DNA of 31,952 bases from Candidatus Micrarchaeota archaeon (GTDB taxonomy: Archaea > Micrarchaeota > Micrarchaeia > Anstonellales > Bilamarchaeaceae): the NCBI GenBank assembly GCA_043816005.1, contig JBDRIM010000017.1:1-31952 (forward strand), in the 5' to 3' direction. Each line of letters starts with the position of its first letter. The stretch's first letter is position 1. Made by a program: the position numbers and the translations under genes. The notes beneath the pieces were generated by a model. The model made no database searches and was not told the origin of the DNA. It worked only from the letters and a program-made list of their open reading frames with translations. Positions 1 to 9,402 of the stretch are shown one piece after another.

Positions 1-1065
1 TATCTTGAACTTGATCCATTGATTATCTCGAAAAATATAAATGGAAACGAATGTCTTGAAATCAGATATAAAATAGATTATTCTAACATTTCTTTGGATG
101 ATGCAGCAAGATTTAGGATAGGATCGGGAGCACCGAAAAAATTCAATTGGAAGATGTGCATAAACAATCAAACAGGCCAAGTACATCAAACATATTTTGA
201 TTATGAGAATAACGGAATGATACACACATACCTATACCAACTTCTATCTTTCCAGAAAAACGTGGCTAGTATAGAACCCCCTGAGGAATTGAGTGGAAAT
301 GTTAAAACTACATTATATTCTGAAAGAGAACAGTATACCAAACTCGCAAAATGTTATACAACCAAACAAGGCGACGAAAGAGAAAAATGTATAACGACTA
401 TGGCCATAACCCTCAAAAGAAAGGACCTCTGTCTATTAACAATAGATAGAAAGGACATGTGCCTTGTTGGCATTGTACCGATAACAAAAGATGAGAGCAT
501 TTGTGGAATGATAACTTCACCACCATACAAAGACGATTGTTATATCGAACTTGCTGGTTCGTACAAGGATGCTAGTTATTGTAACAATATACAAAATACA
601 AGTAAACTGGCAATGTGTAATGTAGTTGCAAAGCCATACCAAAAAGATGTTTGTGAAAGTATAACAAATACAGTCAGTAAAGATAGATGTAATATTATGC
701 TGGCAGGAGTGTATAGGAATGAGAGTTATTGTGACAGGCTTCTTAATGAAAGTAATATTGAAACGTGTATTGAGAGTGCAACTGCAAATTACACTGGGAA
801 CATAAGTAACCTAGATACTGAAATGATGATGGGGATTGTAAATTCTTCGTTAGATATTATAAAATACCTCATAGACCTTGCTAAGAACAATGGTACGACA
901 AATAGTACATTTCCAATACTCCCAGGAATGACAACCACCAACGATACAAACAATAGTAATGCAACTAGTAACAGTTCTGCATTAATTGAATATATCCTAA
1001 ACAGTATGGAAAATGATAGTGACGACGAAAATGGAACTGTGGATGTGCCACCATCACCGTCCTAA
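1..1065 (+). CDS. 5'-truncated, probably extracellular protein with tandem Cys-rich ~25-aa repeats and an Asn/Thr/Asp-rich tail
   Basis: The frame is open from base 1 (YLELDP...), so the start probably lies outside the window. Repeats follow C-x2-I-x7-D-x-C-x3-LA (DESICGMITSPPYKDDCYIELA, KDVCESITNTVSKDRCNIMLA, NESYCDRLLNESNIETCIESA), with many N-x-S/T sequons. A T-tract follows the stop. Confidence 0.75.
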   Translation, partial: YLELDPLIISKNINGNECLEIRYKIDYSNISLDDAARFRIGSGAPKKFNWKMCINNQTGQVHQTYFDYENNGMIHTYLYQLLSFQKNVASIEPPEELSGNVKTTLYSEREQYTKLAKCYTTKQGDEREKCITTMAITLKRKDLCLLTIDRKDMCLVGIVPITKDESICGMITSPPYKDDCYIELAGSYKDASYCNNIQNTSKLAMCNVVAKPYQKDVCESITNTVSKDRCNIMLAGVYRNESYCDRLLNESNIETCIESATANYTGNISNLDTEMMMGIVNSSLDIIKYLIDLAKNNGTTNSTFPILPGMTTTNDTNNSNATSNSSALIEYILNSMENDSDDENGTVDVPPSPS

Positions 1066-1140
1066 TTTATTTTTTTGTTTTTCCATTTTAATTTGTCATT
1101 TTGATTAGTTTTTTAATCCTCAGGTACTAGTTAGTTTTAT

Positions 1141-2325
1141 ATGAAAATAGCTTTTTTCACTGATACGTATGTGCCACAACTAAATGGGGTCGTGGTATAC
1201 ATATGCGACATAGTAAAACAACTGTCAAAAAAGAACAAGATGATAATTTTTGCACCAGGAAACGGTCCTCTTAGGATAGAAAGACCGTCAAAAAACGTCA
1301 AAATATATTGGATTCCGTCTTCGCCATTCCCTTTTTATGAAGGATATCGCGTAGCCTCTATGGATTACAAACGGATAAGTTCTCTCCTTAAAAAAGAAAA
1401 TCCAGATATTGTTCATGCACACGCACCCGTAAACTTGGGTTTGCAAGGATTGTTGGCAGCAAAACGTAATAAGATAGCAACCGTATTAACGTATCACACG
1501 CATTTTCCAGAGTATGTACCTCACTTGTTTAGTGGAAAACTTCCAAAAGTTTTAGACAATTTAAGTCAAACGGCAGTAAAAAAAATAATAAAACATGTCT
1601 TCAGGAAAGTCGATGTTGTTACTGCACCAACCAAAGAACTGGTAAACGAATTGTATTCTTATGGCCTTCAGAATGTTATTTACTTGCCAAATGGAATTGA
1701 CTTCAATAAATTAAAATATAGTAGAAAAAAAGTAGAGGAGTTCAAAGCACAGAACAATATTCCAAAAAACAAAAAAATAGTGCTTTATCTGGGGAGAGTC
1801 AGTTTTGAAAAAAAACTCGATAACTTGATGGCTGCGTTTAAGTTGATAGAAAGGGATGATAGGGTTTTATTAGTTGCTGGTGGTGGACCATGTCTTGAGA
1901 AATTCAAAAAGATGGCAACCACCATGAATATAAAAAACATCATATTCACAGGATTTGTTAAAAGCGAAGATATAGGTGCTGCGTATGCATGCGGAGACAT
2001 TTTTGCATCTGCATCAGATAGTGAAACCTTTGGACTCACATTTGTGGAAGCGATGTATGTAGGTCTTCCTGCTGTAGGAATAAGAAAACTCGGAGCAAAG
2101 GAAGTAGTTATCGACGGTAAAACAGGTATTCTTGTTGAACCAGACAATATCCAAGAAATGGCAACTGCAATTGACACATTATTAGATGGTAACAAGCTTA
2201 GGCATAAGATGGCAAAGGCTGCCAAAAAAAGAGCACTTAAATATTCAATAGAGAAAAGCATAAAAAGTACAAATGAGGTATATATACGGGTTTTGAGTAA
2301 CCCCATCAATTTAGGCAAAAAGTAA
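1141..2325 (+). CDS. GT4 family glycosyltransferase (GT-B fold)
   Basis: N-terminal MKIAFFTDTYVPQLNGV, PDIVHAH, TYHT, LYLGRVSFEK and the E-x7-E motif SETFGLTFVEAM. Confidence 0.95.
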   Translation: MKIAFFTDTYVPQLNGVVVYICDIVKQLSKKNKMIIFAPGNGPLRIERPSKNVKIYWIPSSPFPFYEGYRVASMDYKRISSLLKKENPDIVHAHAPVNLGLQGLLAAKRNKIATVLTYHTHFPEYVPHLFSGKLPKVLDNLSQTAVKKIIKHVFRKVDVVTAPTKELVNELYSYGLQNVIYLPNGIDFNKLKYSRKKVEEFKAQNNIPKNKKIVLYLGRVSFEKKLDNLMAAFKLIERDDRVLLVAGGGPCLEKFKKMATTMNIKNIIFTGFVKSEDIGAAYACGDIFASASDSETFGLTFVEAMYVGLPAVGIRKLGAKEVVIDGKTGILVEPDNIQEMATAIDTLLDGNKLRHKMAKAAKKRALKYSIEKSIKSTNEVYIRVLSNPINLGKK

Positions 2326-2335
2326 CTAAAAAAGC

Positions 2336-2350
2336 AAAGGTTTAAATATA
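2336..2350 (+). promoter_or_regulatory. BRE/TATA-like promoter upstream of tfe
   Basis: AAAGGTTTAAATATA lies ~45 nt upstream of the GTG start, and a GGGTGGT ribosome-binding site precedes 2395. Confidence 0.5.
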
Positions 2351-2394
2351 AAAAATGTGTAATTAATTAGTTCTGTTAAGAATAGGGTGGTATT

Positions 2395-3075
2395 GTGGCA
2401 ATCAAAAAAAAGAAAAAAACACTTAAAATAACCAAATCTAGGAAGATTGTTAAGAAAGCAACGAAGGTAGTAGTAAAAATTAAGGCACAACCAAAAAAGG
2501 TAATACAATCTAAGAAGATAATACAGTCTAAGGCGAGTCTTGAAATAGAAGCTAAAAAAATTGCACAAGAAGCATTGAAGATTAAACTCGTAGAAGAGCA
2601 TAAAAGAATGCAAAAAGTAAGTAAAATTCTTAGTGATGCAGGAGTTAGACAAAACCTCATAGAAGTTGGTGGCGAAAATGCACTTGCCATGGTTAAGAAC
2701 TTTCAAGGGAATAACAGCGACGACGATTTGGCTAAAAAACTCAAGATAAAGATTAGTGATGTTAGAGCCACCCTTAACAAACTCCATAATGAGGGATTGG
2801 TTAATTACATTCGTGAAAAGGACAGTGAAACTGGATGGTATTCATATAGCTGGACATTGAACCACGAAAGAATTGAAAAATGGGCCATAATGCAGTCAGG
2901 AAGGTATGGATTGAACGAAAATTCTGATTATTATTTTTGTCCTTCATGTGGAACTGCAAGCATAACAAATTTTGAATCTGCTTCTGGAATTGATTTCCGC
3001 TGTGAAAAATGCAATCGTCTTTTGGAATTTGTCGACGAAAAAAAATTGAACGAATTGGCTGAAAAAACTAGATAG
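2395..3075 (+). CDS. tfe: Archaeal transcription factor E (TFE/TFIIE-alpha) with a Lys-rich N-terminal extension
   Basis: Winged helix SDDDLAKKLKIKISDVRATLNKLH, signature REKDSETGWYSYSW and Zn ribbon CPSC...CEKC. Confidence 0.9.
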   Translation: MAIKKKKKTLKITKSRKIVKKATKVVVKIKAQPKKVIQSKKIIQSKASLEIEAKKIAQEALKIKLVEEHKRMQKVSKILSDAGVRQNLIEVGGENALAMVKNFQGNNSDDDLAKKLKIKISDVRATLNKLHNEGLVNYIREKDSETGWYSYSWTLNHERIEKWAIMQSGRYGLNENSDYYFCPSCGTASITNFESASGIDFRCEKCNRLLEFVDEKKLNELAEKTR

Positions 3076-4369
3076 AGTATGTTTCAAGTTGTCTTGGAAC
3101 TACTACATCATATTCTTTGTCTATAGCATCTTTCAGTTCTGTTTTTTCACCGTGCATAAGGAATACTTTCTTCAATCCTTTAACTGATTTGACATATTGT
3201 ATAAGTTCATTAAAATCAGCATGGCCAGAGAGACGTATACTTTCTATGCGCAGTTTTAATTCAATTTCTTTATCGTAAACACGTATCTTTTTCTCATTGT
3301 TTAAAACCTTGTTCCCAGTGGTACCCTCAGCCTGATAACCGACGAAGATAATCGCATTTCTAGGATTTGATGCAAGTTTTTCAAGATAGAAGAGAACAGG
3401 ACCACCTGAAAGCATACCAGAAGTGGTTACAATTATACATGGTTCCTTTAGAACATCCTCCCTTGTTTTTGAACGTGGATGATGAAAGTTCGGACTTTTG
3501 AACGGATCATCTTCGCTCATTAGAATGCGTTTTTTTATGTCATCATTTGCATATATGGCATTGTGACGATAGATCTTCATTGCTTTACTTATCATCCCGT
3601 CTATGAATATTTTTGTTGGAGGAATGGCACCTGAACGCATATAATCATCAAGAGCAAGAAGAACTTCCTGTCCTCTGCCAACTGCAAAACTCGGAATTAT
3701 AACATGCCCACCTTTGTCTAGTGTCTCACGTATTACAGTTATCATCTTTTGGTAACTTTCCTTGTAGCTGGGTATGACATCAGTATGTGAACCATAGGTA
3801 TTTTCTACAATAAGTGTTTCGGCTGTAAGTCCGCGTTCACATGGATCCAAAATCCTTGTTTTGCGCATGCAGATGTCACCACTGAAAAGAATTTTCTTCG
3901 GCCCGTTTTCTATCATTGTCATTGCACTACCAAGAATATGGCCGGCAGTATGGAATCTTAGTTTAAAACCAGAATTAAAATTCTCCCCGTACTCAACAAT
4001 TTTAGCATCTTTTAGTACTCCTTCGACATCTTTTGAGCTGAATAGGCATTTACCTTTGTGCTTTCCTGCCTGTATACGCTGATAATCAGATAGTAAAACC
4101 CCAACTAAATCTCTTGTAGGTTTTGTCATGAACACTTTTGGGCGTGCTTTTTTTGAGTAGACATGAGGGAGATAACCACTATGGTCAAGATGTGCATGTG
4201 AAATGGTTATGTTTTGTATGCGCTTAAGCTCATCATCATGAAGAAGAGGATATTCTGTAGTTTCACCTAATTTTATACCACAATCGAGCATGAGGTTTTT
4301 TTGATTATCCTCAAGTAGAATTGCAACCCGTCCAACTTCCTGTGCACCACCATAAAAAGTTAATCTCAT
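3068..4369 (-). CDS. beta-CASP metallo-beta-lactamase-fold ribonuclease (aCPSF-like, no N-terminal KH domains)
   Basis: Motifs LDCG, SHAHLDH, AGHILG, FSGD, ENTYG, FAVGRGQE, VGYQAEGT, SGHAD and MHGE. Confidence 0.93.
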   Translation of the reverse strand: MRLTFYGGAQEVGRVAILLEDNQKNLMLDCGIKLGETTEYPLLHDDELKRIQNITISHAHLDHSGYLPHVYSKKARPKVFMTKPTRDLVGVLLSDYQRIQAGKHKGKCLFSSKDVEGVLKDAKIVEYGENFNSGFKLRFHTAGHILGSAMTMIENGPKKILFSGDICMRKTRILDPCERGLTAETLIVENTYGSHTDVIPSYKESYQKMITVIRETLDKGGHVIIPSFAVGRGQEVLLALDDYMRSGAIPPTKIFIDGMISKAMKIYRHNAIYANDDIKKRILMSEDDPFKSPNFHHPRSKTREDVLKEPCIIVTTSGMLSGGPVLFYLEKLASNPRNAIIFVGYQAEGTTGNKVLNNEKKIRVYDKEIELKLRIESIRLSGHADFNELIQYVKSVKGLKKVFLMHGEKTELKDAIDKEYDVVVPRQLETYSI

Positions 4370-4394
4370 GTTTTCACTCCAAAAAAGAGCGTAC

Positions 4395-4709
4395 TCATAA
4401 TAATCCCAGTTTTATCTTCGCTCTGTTAGACATACGGTCAATGGTCCATGGTGGATCAAATATAACATTAACCTCAATATCAAGATCCGTGAATACATCA
4501 AGCTTGGTTTTAACTTCATTAAGCATCTCAGTTATCATCGGACATGCAGGAGTAGTAAATGTCATTTTTATGAAAACCTTCTGCATCTCTCCCTTCTTTT
4601 TTTTCGCTATATCAACATCATAAATAAGACCAATGTCAACAATACCCATCCCAAGTTCAGGGTCAATGACCTCGGATAGTACATTAAGAATTTGTTTTTT
4701 GCTGACCAT
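4395..4709 (-). CDS. Metal-sulfur cluster assembly factor (DUF59/SufT/MIP18 family)
   Basis: VIDPELGMGIVDIGLIY, MTFTTPACP and FDPPWT motifs. Confidence 0.93.
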   Translation of the reverse strand: MVSKKQILNVLSEVIDPELGMGIVDIGLIYDVDIAKKKKGEMQKVFIKMTFTTPACPMITEMLNEVKTKLDVFTDLDIEVNVIFDPPWTIDRMSNRAKIKLGLL

Positions 4710-4770
4710 GACCTGATTGACATAAGAAGATTATTTAACTTTGAGTGGGGAAATAAATTGGGTGGTATCA

Positions 4771-5163
4771 ATGAAAGAGATAACCATTATTGCCAGAAAT
4801 GATGTTGGGGCTCTCGCCATTGTCGCTGAGGCTCTTGGTTCTGTTGGAGTGAATATCGAGGCTATATCTGCATATGGTTCTGACAGCACAGCCGTGTTTA
4901 GAGTGTTAACAAATGATGTTGCCACTGCAACAAAGGCTCTCGGAAAATTCCCGCAGTTTAAATTAAGTGAGGCAGAAACCGTAGTTTACCGTATGATAAA
5001 CAGACCGGGAGAATTAGGCAAAATAACAAGAAAATTGTCTAATAGAGGGATAAACCTAGAAAGCATGTATATAGTGAGTAAGCAATCGGAGTACACAGAA
5101 GTTGCCATTTGTCCATCAACCAAAGACGTTGATAAGGTCAAAGAGATTCTTGGGATAAAATAA
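4771..5163 (+). CDS. Tandem ACT-domain protein
   Basis: Two ACT signatures (NDVGALAIVAEALGSVGVNIEAI; NRPGELGKITRKLSNRGINLESM). Start moved to ATG 4771, which follows a GGTGGT ribosome-binding site. Confidence 0.88.
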   Translation: MKEITIIARNDVGALAIVAEALGSVGVNIEAISAYGSDSTAVFRVLTNDVATATKALGKFPQFKLSEAETVVYRMINRPGELGKITRKLSNRGINLESMYIVSKQSEYTEVAICPSTKDVDKVKEILGIK

Positions 5164-5197
5164 GAAGGATTATATTGCTAGAAGAAGTCAAACACAT

Positions 5198-5587
5198 ATG
5201 CCACCTAGAATAGTCGTATTAGATACAAATTTTCTGCTTATACCATTTCAATTCAAGATAGATATATTCAAGGAATTGGAATATCTAATGGAATTTAGCC
5301 ATAATTATGTGATATCATCGAGAACAATATACGAACTCGAAAAACTGGGGAAAACAATAGGGAAAAATGGAATGGCAGCTAGACTTGCACTTAAACTACT
5401 TAGTGCTAACAATAAAAAAATTGAGGTAATAGAAAACAACACGTATGTTGATGATTGGATAGTGGATTTTGCCAAAGAAAACAATGCAATTGTATGCACC
5501 AATGACAGTAAATTAAGACGACGACTTCGCAACGCCAGTATAAAAGTGATAGCAATGAAATCAAAATCAAAAGTTGATTTCGTATGA
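5198..5587 (+). CDS. PIN-domain ribonuclease, Fcf1/Utp24-like
   Basis: VVLDTNFLL, ELEKL, VDDWI, VCTNDSKLRRRL; 129 aa. Confidence 0.88.
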   Translation: MPPRIVVLDTNFLLIPFQFKIDIFKELEYLMEFSHNYVISSRTIYELEKLGKTIGKNGMAARLALKLLSANNKKIEVIENNTYVDDWIVDFAKENNAIVCTNDSKLRRRLRNASIKVIAMKSKSKVDFV

Positions 5588-5910
5588 TAGATGGCTGGAT
5601 ACTGAATGCTTTGTGTGTTAGTGCTTTTCTGCTTGTTTTGTTAGTCGTAGTGATTGTCGTAATTTTAACATTAAAACCATTCAAACATGAGAAAAAAGAA
5701 GAGGGTGACAACACATGTTTGACAATAACTGCTAAGAGAGATTTGGACAAGATTATCGTAATGGTAACTAATAAAAAAGAAAAAATGACATTCGAAAGAA
5801 AAAGAATAAAAAAAGGGCAAAGCGTTGGCTTTGCCTTCCCAACCTCAAACAAGCCAATAAAGCTAATTGTAGAGATTGATGGCAACCGTCAACGTGCCTT
5901 TGAACTCTGA
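5584..5910 (+). CDS. Hypothetical protein with an N-terminal transmembrane helix
   Basis: ATGA overlap with the PIN gene. Hydrophobic residues ~5-29 are followed by a small beta-rich domain. Confidence 0.7.
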   Translation: MIDGWILNALCVSAFLLVLLVVVIVVILTLKPFKHEKKEEGDNTCLTITAKRDLDKIIVMVTNKKEKMTFERKRIKKGQSVGFAFPTSNKPIKLIVEIDGNRQRAFEL

Positions 5911-6731
5911 ACTTTCTTCCCTCTTATTTTTTTGTAGATAGTCCACAAAACCAAAAGCACAATTACTATTGGGAGTAAGAATCCAGTTCCTGCAACTATG
6001 AGTCCAATTGCTACTGCAAGAGCCCCGAAGAACAAACTAGCAAATCCTTCAAATGGAATGATAAGCTGTTGTGTTGCGGGTTTGTCTTCGTATATAGTAA
6101 GATAGATCGTAGATTTTTGTATCTTTGAATCAAGATAAATCTTGTTCTGTTTCAAAAGCTCAAGCTCAGTTTCAACACGACTTAATTCGTGTTCAACTTC
6201 AAGTAGATCTGTTATTTCGCCACTTTGATTGTAGAGTGCTCTGAGCCTATCGAGTTCGATTTCTTTATTTTTTATCCTCGTCTCGGTATCAGTGTACTGC
6301 TGTGTGACATCTTCAAGCTGTACTGACATATCTTTTAGTTCTCCAGCTTCCTTAAGCATGTTATTTATTGAATCGAATTTTGAAGGTAAAACTTTCATTG
6401 TAATTGTATATTGTTTCCTATCGGAATATTCATAGTAATTAATGTCACTAAAAGTCGCTCCTTCTGCCATTAAACTTGCTTTCAGTTCCTCGTATTTTGT
6501 TTCGAGTGTTCCATCTGGAACTTTCAGTTTAATTGATCCTTCTTTTGTTATGTAAGATTTACTGCTGGAACTTGTACTAGGGAGATAGGAAGGAGCAGCA
6601 GGGGCAGCTTCTTGCATGTCGTATGATGGAAAAGAACCATCAGAATAATCATAACCACTAGATTGATCTCCGCCCAAACATCCGAATGTTAGTAACAATA
6701 GGATAATGGACAAGATTGTAATATTTTTCAA
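5889..6731 (-). CDS. DUF4349-like lipoprotein/membrane protein
   Basis: Probable TTG start at 6731 after GGTGG gives MKNITILSIILLLLTFGC (lipobox-like). Also EDVTQQYTD, a coiled coil, DLLEVEHELSRV, STIYLTIYE and C-terminal TM helices. Confidence 0.82.
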   Translation of the reverse strand: MKNITILSIILLLLTFGCLGGDQSSGYDYSDGSFPSYDMQEAAPAAPSYLPSTSSSSKSYITKEGSIKLKVPDGTLETKYEELKASLMAEGATFSDINYYEYSDRKQYTITMKVLPSKFDSINNMLKEAGELKDMSVQLEDVTQQYTDTETRIKNKEIELDRLRALYNQSGEITDLLEVEHELSRVETELELLKQNKIYLDSKIQKSTIYLTIYEDKPATQQLIIPFEGFASLFFGALAVAIGLIVAGTGFLLPIVIVLLVLWTIYKKIRGKKVQSSKAR

Positions 6732-6837
6732 ATTAACCACCAAATGGTGAACGCAGTTAAAAATTAAACCTTTTTGGTTTTGCTTCGGGGATGACCGTAG
6801 GCACAAGCAATATAATTGGTGACTGTGGTTTTATTTT

Positions 6838-7779
6838 ATGTTATTACTTTATCGAGGCGAAAAATTTAATGCAAATTTTTTCTACCATAGTGGAATTGAT
6901 ATTGATCACTCTTTCTTCGTTCTTGACGGCAATAAAAAAACCTTACTCGTCCCTGCTTTGAATGAAACACTTGCAAAAGACAGGTTCAAAGGTAAAGTAA
7001 TAGTTTACACTGACCCTGTTCAAACATTAAAATTCCTTAGCCGAAAAACAGTCGGAATAGATGGTGTAAATCTAAGTATGAGAATGGCTGGGAAACTCAG
7101 AAAATTTTGTAAATTAAATGATTTAACAATTGAACTTTTGAAGAACAGGGCAAAGAAAAAACCTGATGAAGCTGCAAAAATTAGAAGGGCAGTTAAGTAT
7201 ACAAAAGAAATATTTGAAAATATTGATTTCAAAAAAGCAAAGACAGAAAATGATGTCCGCAAACAATTGCTTGTGCAGACGATGGAACTTGGACTTGAAA
7301 CTGCGTTCGATCCAATTGTTTCTGGTGGTAAAAGTAGTTCATATCCTCATTACCAAAATGGAAACAGGAAACTTGGAAAATTTATAATGGTTGATTATGG
7401 AGTTAGATATCAGCATTATTGTTCAGATATCACAAGATGTTTTATTCTCGACGGTGACAAAAAGAAAAAAGAGCAGTATGAAAGATTGCAAGGTATTTGT
7501 TATTTTTTGGTTGACTCGCTTCCAGATTTAAAAAATGGGAAAGAAGTAAATGAACTTGCAACTGATTTGCTGAAAAAAGCAGGTTTCCCAAAAATGCCAC
7601 ACTCGATTGGCCATGGTGTTGGTCTTGACATTCATGAATCGCCACACCTTGGATCAAAATCAGAGGATAAATTATCTGGTTCGGTTTTGGCAATAGAACC
7701 ATCGTTTTATTTGAAAAATTATGGAATGAGATTTGAAGAAACGATTGATTTCACAGGAAAACGGCCGAAAATTTTGTAG
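6838..7779 (+). CDS. Xaa-Pro aminopeptidase/prolidase (peptidase M24)
   Basis: Metal-ligand motifs VDYG, YCSDITR, HSIGHGVGLDIHE, AIEP and MRFEE. Confidence 0.93.
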   Translation: MLLLYRGEKFNANFFYHSGIDIDHSFFVLDGNKKTLLVPALNETLAKDRFKGKVIVYTDPVQTLKFLSRKTVGIDGVNLSMRMAGKLRKFCKLNDLTIELLKNRAKKKPDEAAKIRRAVKYTKEIFENIDFKKAKTENDVRKQLLVQTMELGLETAFDPIVSGGKSSSYPHYQNGNRKLGKFIMVDYGVRYQHYCSDITRCFILDGDKKKKEQYERLQGICYFLVDSLPDLKNGKEVNELATDLLKKAGFPKMPHSIGHGVGLDIHESPHLGSKSEDKLSGSVLAIEPSFYLKNYGMRFEETIDFTGKRPKIL

Positions 7780-7787
7780 GTAAAATT

Positions 7788-8744
7788 ATGGATATTTTTG
7801 AACAAATTGGAGATTTTGTTGTTTATCAGCTTCTTGGAATGAGTGGAACAGACACATTTACAGGTGTAGTTGCCTATTTCATAGCAGACAGCATCAAGGT
7901 TTTTGTTTTACTGGCAATAATGGTTTTTTTGGTTTCAATTTTGCGCACATTTATCACAAGGCAAAAAATCAGAAAGTTTCTTGGTGGAAAAAAAGAGGGG
8001 GTTGGAAATGTGCTTGCAGCTTTGCTTGGAATACCGACTCCGTTTTGTTCTTGTTCTGCAGTTCCCATTTTCATTGGTTTTGTTGAATCAGGTATACCAC
8101 TTGGAATAACCTTTTCTTTTTTGATTGCATCCCCGATGATAAATGAAATTGCAATTGCCCTCCTGTTGGGATTGTTTGGTTGGAAAATAACTGCGCTATA
8201 CATTGGAGCTGGTTTGTTTGTAGCAATAATAGCAGGAATTATTATTGGCAGATTGAAATTAGATGATCAGGTTGAAGATTTTGTCTATCAGATGGAAGTG
8301 AAAAAGCAAAAAGAGAAGAAAATGAAGTGGAGAGAACGAATAAAATTTGCCAACGAACAGACAACAGAAATTGTAGTGAAGGTTGTCCCATACATGCTTC
8401 TTGGTATTGCCCTGGGGGCATTCATTCATGGGTATGTACCAATTGGATTTTTGGCAGACATTGCAGGAAGTAACAATCCTTTGGCAGTACCAGTTGCAGT
8501 CTTGATTGGCGTACCATTGTATTCAAATGCAGCAGGAACCATACCTATTGTTGAGGCATTGATGGAGAAGGGAATGTCACTTGGAACTGCATTGGCATTT
8601 ATGATGAGCGTGACTGCGCTTTCTTTACCAGAAATGGTAATTTTAAGAAAAGTATTGAAACCAAAATTACTGATGATTTTTGTTGTGGTTTTGGCGATTT
8701 CAATTACTTTAATTGGATTGTTGTTCAATTTGATACTTGGATGA
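7788..8744 (+). CDS. ArsP/DUF318 family permease
   Basis: TPFCSCSAVP, SFLIASPMINE, GVPLYSNAAG and ALSLPEM motifs; about 8 TM helices. Confidence 0.92.
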   Translation: MDIFEQIGDFVVYQLLGMSGTDTFTGVVAYFIADSIKVFVLLAIMVFLVSILRTFITRQKIRKFLGGKKEGVGNVLAALLGIPTPFCSCSAVPIFIGFVESGIPLGITFSFLIASPMINEIAIALLLGLFGWKITALYIGAGLFVAIIAGIIIGRLKLDDQVEDFVYQMEVKKQKEKKMKWRERIKFANEQTTEIVVKVVPYMLLGIALGAFIHGYVPIGFLADIAGSNNPLAVPVAVLIGVPLYSNAAGTIPIVEALMEKGMSLGTALAFMMSVTALSLPEMVILRKVLKPKLLMIFVVVLAISITLIGLLFNLILG

Positions 8745-8756
8745 GTGGGTGAAAAC

Positions 8757-8879
8757 ATGAAAGTACCGTCGAGTCATATTAGACATATGAAAAGCAAAAA
8801 AATATTTAATAAGAATAGAGCTCAGATTGAAAATCAGAGAAAAGTATTGAGAGCAGTAACAAAGGAGCGAAAACCATGA
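8757..8879 (+). CDS. Possible 40-aa basic peptide (MKVPSSHIRHMKSKKIFNKNRAQIENQRKVLRAVTKERKP)
   Basis: GGGTGA ribosome-binding site just upstream of the ATG, which lies 12 nt after the permease stop. No recognisable family. Confidence 0.3.
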   Translation: MKVPSSHIRHMKSKKIFNKNRAQIENQRKVLRAVTKERKP

Positions 8880-8962
8880 AATTAACTGCCGAGGTTCAAT
8901 CTAATTCTTAGTTGATGCTTTTAGAATATTCCGTTGTAAGATACTTTATAGTTAATAGACAG

Positions 8963-9346
8963 TTTTTGTCAAACTTTTTACTAAATAGTTTGCAGGGATA
9001 ACCACGCCCGGTCAAATGTGCAGGACTTAAGTTTCACCTCCCGATTGTTCTTTGAACAATGGGCGCAAAGAACGAAACATCGTTCTTTAGCGTTTAGGAA
9101 AAAGGTAAACGCCAAAAACGTGGTGATTAAACCCTTTCGGGTTTACTGCTCGTTTTGGCTCCACCTTTTACTAAAAGGTGGAAGAAATCCTGTGACTTAG
9201 TGTCTTCGCAGGTTCAAAAGCGCGTTTTGAAAAAAAGCGCTCCAAAAATTTGTCAACTGAAAACCCTTCGGGTTTTTGGACAAGAAGTTTTGGGGCGCCT
9301 TTTACTAAAAGGCGCAGAAAATCCTGCTCCCTGCATTTTTTCTTTT
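8963..9346 (+). ncRNA. Highly structured non-coding element (candidate ncRNA or REPIN/BIME-like palindromic element)
   Basis: Closing stem TGCAGGGA 8991-8998 / TCCCTGCA 9328-9335. Five copies of a TTTTG+hairpin motif with different but complementary stems, and two similar multi-hairpin domains. TTTATA lies upstream (8945) and a T-tract downstream. Confidence 0.6.
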
Positions 9347-9402
9347 ATCAAAGAACGGATACAATATTTTAAATTGACACCAACCATAGCTAGTAGAAAC
9401 AT

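Noticed and set aside
5198..5910. VapBC toxin-antitoxin pair
   Set aside because: The PIN protein resembles the Fcf1/Utp24-like type, and neither neighbour looks like an antitoxin.
8963..9315. CRISPR array
   Set aside because: The repeats differ in sequence, alternate in orientation and are irregularly spaced, and there are no cas genes in the window.
8991..9335. RNase P RNA, SRP RNA or a twister/hammerhead ribozyme as the identity of the structured element
   Set aside because: The size and closing stem fit, but I found no GAGGAAAGUCC-type/GGCUUA P4 pair, no SRP helix-8 CAGG...GRRA...AGCA motif and no complete ribozyme core on either strand. A covariance-model search is needed to exclude very divergent forms.
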